In this document: positions 12,558 to 24,110 of the stretch, piece after piece | Numbering within the stretch: position 1 is the stretch's first letter | Layout of the letters: every line of letters begins with the position of its first letter | Source of the DNA: Gnetum montanum | Lineage: Eukaryota; Plantae; Gnetophyta | Direction: 5' to 3' | Length of the DNA stretch: 64,000 bases | Assembly (NCBI GenBank): GCA_015680685.1 | Contig: MNCI01001177.1 | Coordinates: forward strand, 466,014-530,013 | Notes under the pieces: model-generated | What the model was told of the DNA's origin: nothing | The model's input: the letters and a program-made list of their open reading frames with translations, nothing else | Databases searched by the model: none | Made by a program: the position numbers and the translations under genes

Positions 12558-15500
12558 TGTTATGCTAAAACCAATCTTGATCATGGTTGAATTAGTAGGG
12601 GTTCTATGTTGTATAAGTGTCCTTGTGCCCAATGTCCCTCCACCACATGCGCGAGTAGGGAACCAGGCAGTCCAGTTCTGAGAGGGTGCACAGGAATCCT
12701 TAGAATTCCTACTTCGTCACTTCAGTGTAATGATATGGTTACACTTGTCTACTGAAGTAGCAGGCATCCTGAGAGAAACATTATTGCATGGAGCAAATCA
12801 AGGCAACTTAAAATTCATGATAAATAGATCTATAGAAGGGGAAGAGGTAGGGGGCTTAAGTCAATGTCCAAAAGGCTTAAGACTCTTGTCTTGGATTTGG
12901 ATGATGCCAAAGTTCAAATGCTATCATAAATGTAACACTTTGTTCATTGCTCGCCATATGGGCACATTTTTTCAAAATCCACCTAGAACCATCTACTATG
13001 TTAGTGGGTGAGTCATATTAATATGATCAAACATTTTATTTTTGCTTGTCTTCTATGATTTGAAATGCTTATTATGTTTTATCAATTGAAAAATTTTTGA
13101 TTGATAAGGATGGTCTTTATAGTAGAGATGGGGCATTAGCCCTAGATCAAATGACCCTTCAAGAGTTCTACTTCGTTGAGGACGTGCGTGCCGGTGTTAT
13201 AAAGGAACTTGGGGTCAATTTTAAAACTTATTCAACCAAGTACTCTAAGTTTTACATGAAGTGTGAGGAGCTTGGGTGGTTGGATGGCAAATGGACATCC
13301 CCTCGAGTACCCATTGTAGAAGAAATACTAGTACAAATACCACCGTTCCCCACACCATTCACACCGGGTGGGTTATATTATGTGTTTCTTTTCATGTAAG
13401 CCAAATTAATTTTTTTATGTGGTTGATTTTATTCTTGGTTATTGCAGTAGCAGCCAAATCTAAGGAGGTTATAGTAATTATCTCAGGGAATAATGAGGCT
13501 AACCTCCTCTTTACGTGATGTGAGGTTGATGAATCATAGCATTGGCTATGTAATGGGGCTCTAGCAACGATTGTCGAGAAGGTTCAGGAGGCTGGGTCCA
13601 TGGATCTCTTTTTGGCTATAAACCCAAGCATCTCAGTTGTAGAAATGATTGTCATTGTCAATTCCTTCACAGAAATTGCTGACCACTTTCATACACGAGT
13701 TCATAATGTGCAAGTCGTGTTTGAGATCATCAATAGTCTTTTTTCAAGTCTCTTAGGTGTCCCCTTCGATGGTTTATCCATGGGGGAAAAGACTAGCAAG
13801 GATCTGAACCATCGAGGAGGCATAGAAGAATGGCTAGGGATTGATAAGGATCACAAAGGTATTTATATGAAAAAGGTTAAATTAGAGGTAGCTCAAAAAA
13901 TTTACCCGGTCTTCCAGGCTCATGCTTTTTCTAAGCTACTTTCCCAAGGAAAAATTCTTGGGGTAGAGTAAACTTGGATTATGAGAGACGTAATGGAAGA
14001 GGGGACACGATATAATTGGGCTAAGTATCTTTCAGAAGGCCTATGGGTTGAAATGACTAGGTTGCGTGGCAAACTTGATACATGTTTCCATGTGCATTTT
14101 TCATTTTTTATAACTTGTTGGCATAGGTTTGCGGAATTTTTGGTGGTCCAAGAGAATGGGTTCTAGGTGCTACAAGATTGTACCTAGATATCCAAGCCTT
14201 GGATCCACCACATATTTTGCACTGTATGGTCTTAAGACCCTCTAGAAGCTATTGGGGAGTCTTTTTCAATGATAACCAAAGATTGGGTGAGACTGTCCTT
14301 TCATGTGCATGATAGCTTTGGAGAGGCTCCACTCACCAACATGGGCAATGTAGTGAGGGGAGCATAGTTTATTGCAAAAATAATAAAGTCAAAATTGTAA
14401 ATTAAGAAGCCCCATCCTGTAGAGGAACCTTCACGTGCGAGCGAAGGAAGGGTCAAAAGGCTATGGATCAGAGTTTGCAATGTGCAGTCTAAGCTTGTTA
14501 GTGAGTATTTCTTAGTTAACTTATTTGCTGCCTTCTTTTTTCTTTTTATGGTTGCATATCTCTATTGGAATAGTACCCTAATCTTTGCTTGTGCTTGGTA
14601 GATGAGGAAGAGGCTTCTACTCTAGAAGAAGAGGCCCCTGCTACAGAAGAGGAGGCCCCTGCTATTAAGGAGGAGGTTCTTACTACATAGGAGTAGGCCC
14701 TCATTGCAGAGGATCCTTTTGTAGATAGTGTTCCACAACTTGAGGGACATATGACAGCAGAGAAAATCGCTACACTCTTAAGGTAGCTTGAAGAAGAGAG
14801 GCTGTGTTTTGAGGATGGTGAGTTTGCTAATTTGTTTGATAGTGTGCCAATGGGTGACCCCCCTGCTCTCACCCCTAAGAGTTTACTGGGTAGGAGCTTT
14901 GCATTGTCATTTATGTTATTCTCTCATTTTTTTCTCTCCTCTTCACAATGCTAACATGCTTTATTGCGTAGCGGTCACTACTTTTACTAAGGGCCCTGAG
15001 TCTTCATCTACTTTCTGCCTAGAGCCATGGGTGGAAACTCTAGATAAGTTTATCTTTATGGAAGGTGTAGTAGATGACATGATTAACCGTCTAAAGTAAA
15101 TTGACCCTGAGATAGGTGTGGTTGGACTATGGAATTTGCTTTTTATATTGTTCCATGTTTGCTACCATCCCATGACTAACACTTTCCTATTTTTGGTGTA
15201 ACAACTTCACGACTTAAATGGGATCCAAAACAAGTAGTTGAAGTCGAAGCTATACCTAAACTCCCTCCAGAGGTAACAGAGGTGCCTCGTCATATATATG
15301 ATGAGGCAAGCATATGTGCGCTACACTTGGCACGATCATTGTGGGAGTGTAGACGTGTTAATAAAGACCTCTGGAAACAAGTTTAGAAACTCAAGAAGAA
15401 AAAGGCAAGTCAGGCAGCTGAGCTAGAAGACTTGTAGTCATGAAATGAATTCCTAATGGCTCATGAGAATTCTGATGGTGGTTGGTGTATGGTCGTAATT

Positions 15501-16025
15501 GATTATGCTAGATATTGGTTGGCCGTATGAGGGAAAAATGAGGCCATGCACGAAGTAATTGAACAACATCTAGAAATGGATCTTTTGGCACAAAAGAATC
15601 AAGATTAGAAAGATTATAGTGCCTAGGTATATGAATGGGGGCAAGCACAGAAGAATCATAAACATATGTATAAAATGAAATGTTCTGCTTATCACCAAAA
15701 ATACTGAGATGCATCTATAGAATTCCGTGGTCGTGAGTTGTTCCTTGATGCGCTTGGTGCTACCTAGGCCTATGATAAATTCATGAAGCATTTAGTGGTC
15801 AGTGAATTTCCTGAGAGGGAAAAGACTATGCCTTATGGGGAGGCCACCTCTGCTACCTTTTCTCCAGGGCCATCCACATGGACGATTGTGGGGAAAGGAA
15901 AAATTTTAGCAGGCATTGATTTGGGTGAAAAATATTGGGTAAATTTAACTAAGGAAGAAATCCTCCAACGCTTAGCATATGGCCTTGACAAGATACCACC
16001 AGACATGGATGCAAGCCCATGTTAA
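12558..16025 (+). pseudogene. Antisense multi-exon gene of element A: FCP1/NIF-like pseudophosphatase + transposon-protein-like domain + acidic tract + coiled coil
   Basis: Exons ~12558-13007, ~13091-13367, 13448-14500, 14602-~14889, ~14972-15114, ~15202-16025, mostly with GT/AG borders; aligns by eye, exon by exon, with 57107-60586; premature stops present. Confidence 0.8.
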
Positions 16026-16369
16026 GTTAGCCAAGTTTTAGTTTATTGCAATTTATTTCATGATAGCCTTATGCATTACCTTGCTCACTCATTGATTTAT
16101 TGTCTCATTCTTGATTCATGTAGGATCCCATCGAGTATGTAGGACCTAGTGGGGTAGTGGACAAGGACACAGGAGAAGACCCATAGCCTCTTCATTGATG
16201 TTCTACAATTTTAAAATGTAATCTCCATTGTTGAGCGATGTTACAACTCTAAGTGTGGACATAATTTTGGACTATGTATTTGTCGTTTAATGAAAAGTGA
16301 GATGCTTGTTTTATTTCCTTTACCTAATGTTTTTGTTGATGTATTTAGGACCCTTGTGGATCCCATGTT

Positions 16370-16582
16370 ATAGTTTAAGGCCTTTCCAGGCTGTAGCTAG
16401 TTTAAGGCCATTTTGGGTTGTAGCTAGTTTAAGGCCATTTTGGGCCATGGGTAGTTAACACAAAGAGTGGGTTGCCAATTTTAGGCCTTGGTGGGGCATG
16501 TGATAGTTTAAGGCCATTTCGGGCCGTGGCTAGTTTAAGGCCATTTCGGGCTGTGGCTAGTTTAAGGCCATTTCGGGCCATA
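16370..16582. repeat. ~30-bp tandem repeat GCTAGTTTAAGGCCATTTCGGG; related units at 11070-11230
   Basis: At least six AGTTTAAGGCC units; explains the spurious ARNGLKLAT repeat ORF. Confidence 0.85.
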
Positions 16583-16705
16583 GCAGTATAACTAACACAA
16601 AAGGTAAACACAATGAAAAATTGAAACCTATACAAAAAAATGTTAAAAACAAAAGAATCGAAGAAGTAAAATAGGGCCATGCCTAATCGTGTAACTGTTT
16701 CCTAC

Positions 16706-19700
16706 CCTGATGTGGGTTAGGCGAGGCGTATGGCCTGGAGGACTTAAAGTGATATTCCTCTAAGTTATCATCAGCTGTTGAAAAAGGGAACTATGTCCAC
16801 ATAGTTTCTTTGTGCAGGTTGTCAGTTTTGTCGAGCTTATTGGCAGGGCAACATTGGTTTCAATGTGGATAGGTGACATGCCTTTGGAGATTTCTATCTT
16901 CAACCCTTGCTTCATGTTTATGTTGTTTATAGCTTGAGGGGCTATATCATCGCTGAAGATCACCACTTTTCTACCTGCATAGGGTAGATGGATCTCTTGG
17001 TCTATTGGCAAAGAGATAGCCCTTAGTTGGGCTAACCATGATCCTCCCAAGATCAAATTGAACCCATGCATCTCTTCTATCACAATGAATTCTGCATTAG
17101 TGGGGAATTGATCCCCTACTACAAAGTTAACAGTGACGGTCCCCTTGATCACAATGCATGCCCCGTTGAAGGACTTCAAATAAGAAGTTGTCGTGGGCTT
17201 GATCTGGTCCACTAGGTCTAGCTTGTCAACAACAAGGAACAAGATCACATTGGTTGTGGCTTCATCATCAACGTGCACCCTACGAATCTTGTATTGACCT
17301 ACACGAATTATTATAAATGTAGGAGTAGTGCTTACCGACCCTTTTTGGAGTTAACTTTAATAGATTCATTATGAAAATTTAAGCGAGTTGCCTGTGGTTC
17401 TTCAGCTATATGTGGGAGCATAACAACATGAATGGCTCTTTCCTTTGCTGGCATGTCTTCCTTAATAGGGATAAATGCCATCATGCGGATCAAAGCTTCA
17501 CGGTGCACCATGGAGGTCATTATTAAATCGTAGAAGCTTAATGTTGTATTTTTTTGTTTTAAAGCTTATTTAACCTATGTAAGGATGTCTAGAAAGTCTT
17601 GCCCAATGCTCGGTGGTTTTTTAGTTTTTACTTCCTCCATGTTCCTTGAGAGACGAATTCCTTGAAGAAAAGAGGACTTGGCTTTTGGTTGAGTGGCAAG
17701 CTTTTAAGCCTCACTAGTTGCTTGTTGTTAATGCATTTTTGTTTTATCTTTAGATTGTGAGGCCATGGGAATTGTTGATAAAGGGATGGACTTAGGGGGG
17801 CCTAGCGCAGTATGTTCCTTAGTCATCTTATCCACTCATCATGTTTTCTTAGGAAAGGAAGTTTTGATGCAGTTCCAACCATTGGACTTTGGGCAAGTGG
17901 TGAGTTTGTATGCTTTGGTACCCTTATAACAAAAGGTGCTTACGTTGTTGTAACAGTGCATTGAGGGGCCTTAATTACGAAAGGTGTGATGGGCCCCTAT
18001 GACGATATCTTAATGACAAAAGGGGGCTATGGCCTAGACAATGTTGAAGTTTTGGCACTCTAAGAAGGCACATGGACCACAAAAGGATTATGTGTAGATT
18101 CTATACTATCACCAACGCTAATAGTATTAATAGTATAGTCCACACTATTAGCATTTAATGGGTCTTTATAAACATTCATTGACTGGTTTTTTGGCCATAT
18201 AGGACTAGTTTTGTCAAGAACCAGCTTACCTTGATCAATCATACGTTGGATATCATCTTTCAATGCCAAGCAATAGTCAGTGCCATGACCACACAACTGG
18301 TGGTAGTTACAGAATCATTCAAGCCTAAAATTTTTAGGCACGGGAGACTTGTTAGGCATGGCTATAGAGGGGTCTTGAAGGATCTCACAATACCTCTCAT
18401 GATGCTTACGGGCCTCCTCTGACATTTGCTTATATTGAATGCACCCAGCATTATATAGTTGATTCAGCAGCTTCGATAGTTTAATTGGAAATAGTGTGTA
18501 CTTTGAGTGATCCTTATGCTCAAAATTTAGCCTTGGCGAGGTTTGTGTTGCGACTGTTAATGCTAGAGGTTGGCTAGCTCCTGCGTTGCTAGAGCTTGGA
18601 ATTTTAGTGGTAGCGGTCATGGCCTTAGGTGTTTTGGCTACATGCTTGTTATTATTGGGCTTAGTTTCATTAGCTACAACAGCCATAGTGGTTGTTGCAG
18701 CCTTGCCCTTTTCCTTTTTTTTCTTTGCATGTGTGTTTTTGTAAGCTACATAAGCTGGGTCTCTACTAGCCTCTGTTGCATCTTGTATACTTTTTGTTTG
18801 TGCAAAAGCTTGGCTAAGAGAGCATGATGCTAAATAATACAACTTAGACTTAATAAATTCATTCACAGCACCCTTAAAAATAGCAAGTAAATGGGCTTTT
18901 GCAATTGGTTCATGAATTTCATTTAGGGTAGTGCTCCAGCGTTGTATGAATTTCTAGACAGATTCTAACGGTTCTTGTTTGACATTCATAAGTTGGTCTA
19001 AGGTGACCTCTAGCTTCAAGTTGTACTTAAAGCGAGTCACAAACTAACTTAACAACTCTTCTAATGTTGAAATAAATGTGTAATGAAGCACATGATACTA
19101 GTTGAATGCTTTTCCAGTTAAGGACATGGTGAAAACACGAATGATTGCATGTGGCCATGGTTGTAGTAATAAGGACTCAGATATAAAAGTAACTAAGTGG
19201 GCATTTGGATCACCCTCTCCATTGTATTTTGTGAACTGGGGAAGTTTCACCCCAGGGGGTAATGTAAGCGAAGGAACAACTGGGCTAATAAGGTCATCAT
19301 GATAAAAGTCCATTACTTAGACTATTTCAGAGCCTATGACTTTAAGCCACTTAACTTCATTGGTGAGGGTTTGAATGAGTTGAAAGGCTTGGTCTAGACT
19401 TAGGGATGCTACAGAAGGTTGCGTGAGTTGAACTGCTAGTGGTAATGCTAGAGCAGTCATCATTGGTGGTGTTGTTGGTATAGCCGTTGGTCCCATTGGG
19501 GGTGTTGTCGGAGCCACTCCCATTGGTGGCACTGTCTAGGTGGCCCACAATCCTATGGGTGGTGTTGTTGAAGCGGCTACCATTGGTGGTGCTATGGGAA
19601 TGGTTACTTGCCCTGTTGTCAGAGTAGCCCATAGCCTTGTAGTTGGTTGCATCATATGTGAAGCTTGATACGTTTGGGGTTGTATATACTGTGGCATCTG

Positions 19701-20400
19701 AGGCATTTGGATAGTAGAAAAGGATGTTGCTATCCACCATGCAATTGAGGTTGGGGTTGTTGCTGATAGTGGAATTGGCATAGAAGAGGTAATGGAAATA
19801 GGGCTTATATGTGATTGTGATGTAGGCATGGTATGTACATATGGCAGTGTAGGCATTACAAATGTTGGCTACACAACTTGAATGGACTATGAAGGGATGA
19901 TAAAGGGAAACGAAGTTGAAGATCCTACATGTTGCTATGTTGATAGCATTTGGTGGCTACCTACCACCAAGGAAGGTTTGGGCTATGAAAGCATTGTAGC
20001 TATTGCCAAAGAGGCAGAGGACTATAGCTAGTGCGGAAAGAACATAGAAGTGGACTATGAGGTAGTGATGTAAATTGGGCCACCACCTTCGGAATGGCAC
20101 TCAAATTCCTATTTCCCATCATGGAGGGGTTCATCATAATGAGACACAGTGTCTTGCTCTTTTGACCACTTAGTCAAATATGTTAATTCAATATACATTG
20201 AAACATTTCAGTGAGTGGTATGATAGCATCAGGAGTAAGAAGGAACTCCCTCCTATTCCGGTGAATAATTTCAAAGTTATGCTTTTCTTCAAATTCCTGA
20301 CGGTCCAACGATAGGCCTGCTTAGATCCTTGCACATAAGAAGCTATATCACTCTTCATCACAAGCCGTGTATTCAAGTGATTGATGTTGTAGTTAAAGAG
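16706..20400 (-). pseudogene. gag: Element A gag and aspartic protease
   Basis: LPQFTKYNGEGDPNAHL...FTMSLTGKA (retrotransposon gag); Ogre/Retand-type Zn knuckle CNYH..CGHGTDYCLALKDDIQRMIDQGKL; protease VHVDDEATTNVI...FNLILGGSWL; Pro/Thr-rich N-terminus; 5' limit approximate. Confidence 0.85.
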
Positions 20401-20992
20401 ACTACCATGGTATCCGCACTGGGCTAGGTGGTTGCTTAGGGTCCGTCACATGTTGCAAGGGATGAACTATCCCCAAGCTCAAGATGGTGATTGAGGTGCT
20501 AGGTGGGTTCATTTTTTACTATGTTAAAAAGTATGTAAGAAGCAAAGATACTTGTGAGAAATGGTGAAATATAGTGAATTTTGAGCTAAAACACTTAAAT
20601 AGATAAGCTTCATAGAAAATAAACTAAAAATGACAAAGTTTGGAAACGTGGGAAAAGTAGTGGTTTATGCTACTATGCTCACTACGCTAGGTGGGACTGT
20701 CATGCTGACAAAGTTGTTATGCTACGCTTGTTACGCTAGACATGTCATGCTACATGGAACATAGAGAGCTTAACATAATACATCATTTTGGGCTTTTTAT
20801 CTTGAGGGGTTTTAGGGGAACTGTCAGTTGGGATCCAACTATACCAACCAAAACATAAACAACCCCGACACTGGTCTATTATCTAACGACTATCGTAGCA
20901 GGTTCACATGGGTTTTACGTTTACACTAGAAAGGAGGTATAGAAGGCATGTGGGACTACCTGTGATGCATAGAAGGGACACACAGGTTTAGG

Positions 20993-21009
20993 CCCTCCTT
21001 TTAGTGCCA
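20993..21009 (-). promoter_or_regulatory. Primer-binding site of element A, tRNA-Asn-like
   Basis: Minus strand TGGCACTAAAAGGAGGG, two G>A changes from TGGCGCTAGAAGGAGGG (complement of the plant tRNA-Asn(GTT) 3' end as I recall it), 5 nt inside the 5' LTR boundary. Confidence 0.75.
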
Positions 21010-21014
21010 AAAAC

Positions 21015-23013
21015 TGTTGTGTCTGAAAATGTCGATGGTTGGAACACTGAGAGGTTGTTAGGTGCACCGCCTAACCCTAAGTCCACCGGAGGGCCGTGCT
21101 AGAAAGGATAGAAATGGGGCACCTTGAACAGTCTAGTTGATTAGTCAGGGACTTATGTGGTGTCCAATAACCATTTACGAATAATGATTTTAGAGCATCA
21201 CATGCAGGAGTTGGAATAAGCACGAACGCAACATGCATAACATTAAGAAAATATCAACGTGCGTGTATCATGACAATAGAAATAAATAGGTACGTTAATA
21301 GTTTAAAATATGTGCTATAATAAAAGAATGAAATGAGAGTACAAGTGAGTAAATGCATTGCCCCAAGATTGGGGGATGTGACTTTTGATTGAATGATGTG
21401 TACAATTGGTGTGCAGCATAGATAGAAATAGCTAGATAGCAAGGCAATATGGTCATAGTTTCTGTGGCACTACAAATGTGATGTCAGTAGAAATGAAGGA
21501 GTAGATGCTTATTGGGTTGAAACTTGCTATGCTATGCATGTGCGAGTGTCACGCTCAAGTGTAGGAGTGGAACAAGGATTTGGAAGTCTCTAATGCTAGG
21601 ATTTGCTGCTTATCAACCTTTTGCTCACCAATCTTCTGCTAAGGTCAACAACAAAAGCTAACCCTTAGAACGTTGATTACTAGGGTATTTATAAAGCTAG
21701 GGTTGGGGGGGGGGGGGGGGGGGGGAGATGTGGTTTCGATGCCATGTGTCCTAGGTCCCACATAGCACCAACATGAATGTATAATGTTGATGTGCTACGC
21801 TCAAAGTGTGGTGCTACACTCAATAGGACAAGAATAGGGACTAAAAAATTTGTCAAACTATGACCATATTGTCCAAACCACATGTGCCAAAGTTTGAAGA
21901 ACTACCATGTACCTACAAAAATGCTTAGAAAAAATGCAAATTGGAGCCTACACTTTGGGACTACGTCTTCCCTTCTCTTTTGAATAGGATCAAGCATAGG
22001 GACAACTTTGGGGATTAGCAAGAGGTGCAAAAAACAAAACAAACTACTCACTTTGGTTGCCAGAGAGATGCTGGAGCAGGAATGAAGGTCGATGATGAGC
22101 TCTAGGCATTTTTGGAAGGCATTTAGAGAAGTTTTCCAAGTGCTACGCTATCTACGTTTCCTAGCGTAATGAAGCATAGCATGAACACTTAGAAAATTTT
22201 GTAGTTTTGGTCTGCTACGCTATCTACGTTGCATAGTGTGCTAGAGCATAGAACTCATTTTCCATGAATTTTGTTAAAAAACTGAAGACATCACTTTGAG
22301 ATTTAGCAAGGCAAGCAACTTCAATAACTAGTAATTACATCTTTCAACATTGGCACCTATGGTATGCTGTGCTACGCTGCACAGCATAACACAGTGTAAC
22401 ACCTAATTTTGAACAAATTTAACCCCACTCGCAATGCTTTTGCATGGGACCTTGATCATGCTTTGAGGAAAAAGTAGGACAAGCATCCTTGGAGGTTGAA
22501 GAATTGCCAAATGCACCTTCTATGTCTGGTTTAACACTTAGGAAAATTTTACCCCAACATGGCTTGCTAGTCTATCTACATTGTGCAGCGTAGAGAAGCA
22601 TAATAGGTCCAAACATATAAAATTTTCCAGACTGTTTTGTCCATCTTGAACACTTTTGACAACTCCTAGCCTAGCATCAGGGTGGATTGGCAACTGGGAC
22701 ATGTGTCAATTTGGGCAAGCTAGAGAGCATAGAAAACTTGACATCCCAGAAGATAGAAAATTTGTTGAATTTTTTAGTCCATCCTCAGTGTCCCTTTTAT
22801 GCAAAATGGCCTTGAAAATGGGTGCTACGCTAGTTGTATTGAAGAGTATAGTAGAAAAGCTTAGAAAAATCTTTGTAGACATTAGGACTTCTAGGGTGCC
22901 ATGTTGTCTATGCGGCCTAGCGTGACACCATACTTGGAGAAATTTTGCCTAGGTCTCAATGCTTGAACAAATTTGATGTTGAGTCACAAGAGTCCAAAAT
23001 TGATGGTGTTTTA
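21015..23013 (-). repeat. 5' LTR of element A
   Basis: Direct repeat of 2199-4222, followed by TSD GGGAT. Confidence 0.93.
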
Positions 23014-23018
23014 GGGAT

Positions 23019-24110
23019 TACCACCACTTGTTCTTACTTGCTGCTCCTACTCTCACAAGAGCTACTCTCATATCTTACACATATGCTCAAGGGTAGTGTG
23101 TGCCTTTGGTGTTATTTCATGAGTGGGTGGTGGAGGTGATGCTCGTTGCTCCTCTTCTTGGATGATCTTGGCAAGCACCTTGTCCTTCATCATTTCTACC
23201 CAAGAGGTTGATGGAGCATGTCGAATGATGTCATTTGTGTAGCAAGTTATTCCTTCCATCTTCCATAGTTTTTGGATGAGACATGGGATGGGGAGTGCCT
23301 TTCTTCCATGTTCATTTTTTAAAACTACTTCTCTATCTCAAGATAGATAAGTTGTGGAAGGTTGACTAGGATTCTACTGCTTAGGGTGGCACACACATGA
23401 ACTAAGAAGGTTGTGATCTTCCTTGGCCTCACCATTGAATTGAGGTGAAAGATCATAATCTTGAAGTTTGCACGCTTTGCTGTGGTAAGTGCACTAAACT
23501 CCTTATGATTGACTCCATAACATTGTTGCATCAATTCTTTCTTGACAACAAGATATGCATGCATAGGGATTTTAGCATGGCTTGCCCTAGTTTTTGATAA
23601 CCCAAGGGCCTCTGAAATAGCTTTCATTGAGTAGAATAATGAGATGTCCTTGATTTTGACCATTGAACCAGCTTGTCGATTATTCTAGAACAAGTATGTC
23701 TCTTCCATGTACCATTCCCTATTGAAAGTGATTGTGGGCCAGATGGGAGATTTTTGCAATTGAGTCTTAACTGTTGGAGGTGAAAAATCTAAGAAAGATC
23801 TGAAGTTCAACTCTTAGAGAATGAAATTTTGGACCTCCTTGTTCTCGATCTTCTTGAGACAAGCTTCCATCAAGGTAACCTCAAGGTTTGGTCTAGGTTT
23901 AGGTGCCTCATCTCTGTGATACTATTATGTTGCGCTCACTTCTTCAGAAATCTATTAGATAGATTTCACTTTGGGCTCGTTTCGAATAGGTCCCATGGCA
24001 TGGGTCTTTACTTACTCATGGGGCTATTCGTAGTCCCTTTCCATTCATGGCCATTTGTCCCTTAGTTGAGATGGTCCTCCTTCATGCGTGTGTTTTCCTT
24101 TAGGTGCCAT
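23019..24110 (-). pseudogene. N-terminal part of the extra (env-position) ORF of Athila-like element D
   Basis: Starts MAPKGKHTHEG directly after an acceptor-like TTTTTGACCATAG; contains FYSMKAISEALGL...RILVNLPQLIYLEI; lies ~2 kb downstream of the integrase in sense orientation. Confidence 0.65.

Larger units (their letters stand above)
11012..16705 (-). other. Putative ~5.7-kb intron between protease and RT of element A
   Basis: Minus-strand donor CAGG|GTAGGA (GT at 16705-16704) near the end of the frame running on from protease; acceptor TTAGGCAG|G (AG at 11013-11012) ahead of pre-RT coding; matching acceptor TTTGCATGCAG|G in element F (52967-52966). Reading phase not verifiable in this decayed copy. 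Confidence 0.5.
2199..23013 (-). mobile_element. Element A: full-length, decayed Ty3/gypsy Tat-clade (Ogre/Retand-like) LTR retrotransposon, ~20.8 kb
   Basis: Paired ~2-kb LTRs (2199-4222, 21015-23013), TSD GGGAT at 2194-2198 and 23014-23018, PBS and polypurine tract (PPT), gag-PROT-RT-RH-aRH-INT order on the minus strand. Confidence 0.95.

Noticed and set aside
12558-16025. Interpretation as an ordinary host gene that transposons inserted around
   Set aside because: It lies between the paired LTRs and TSD of element A and recurs at the equivalent position in element F
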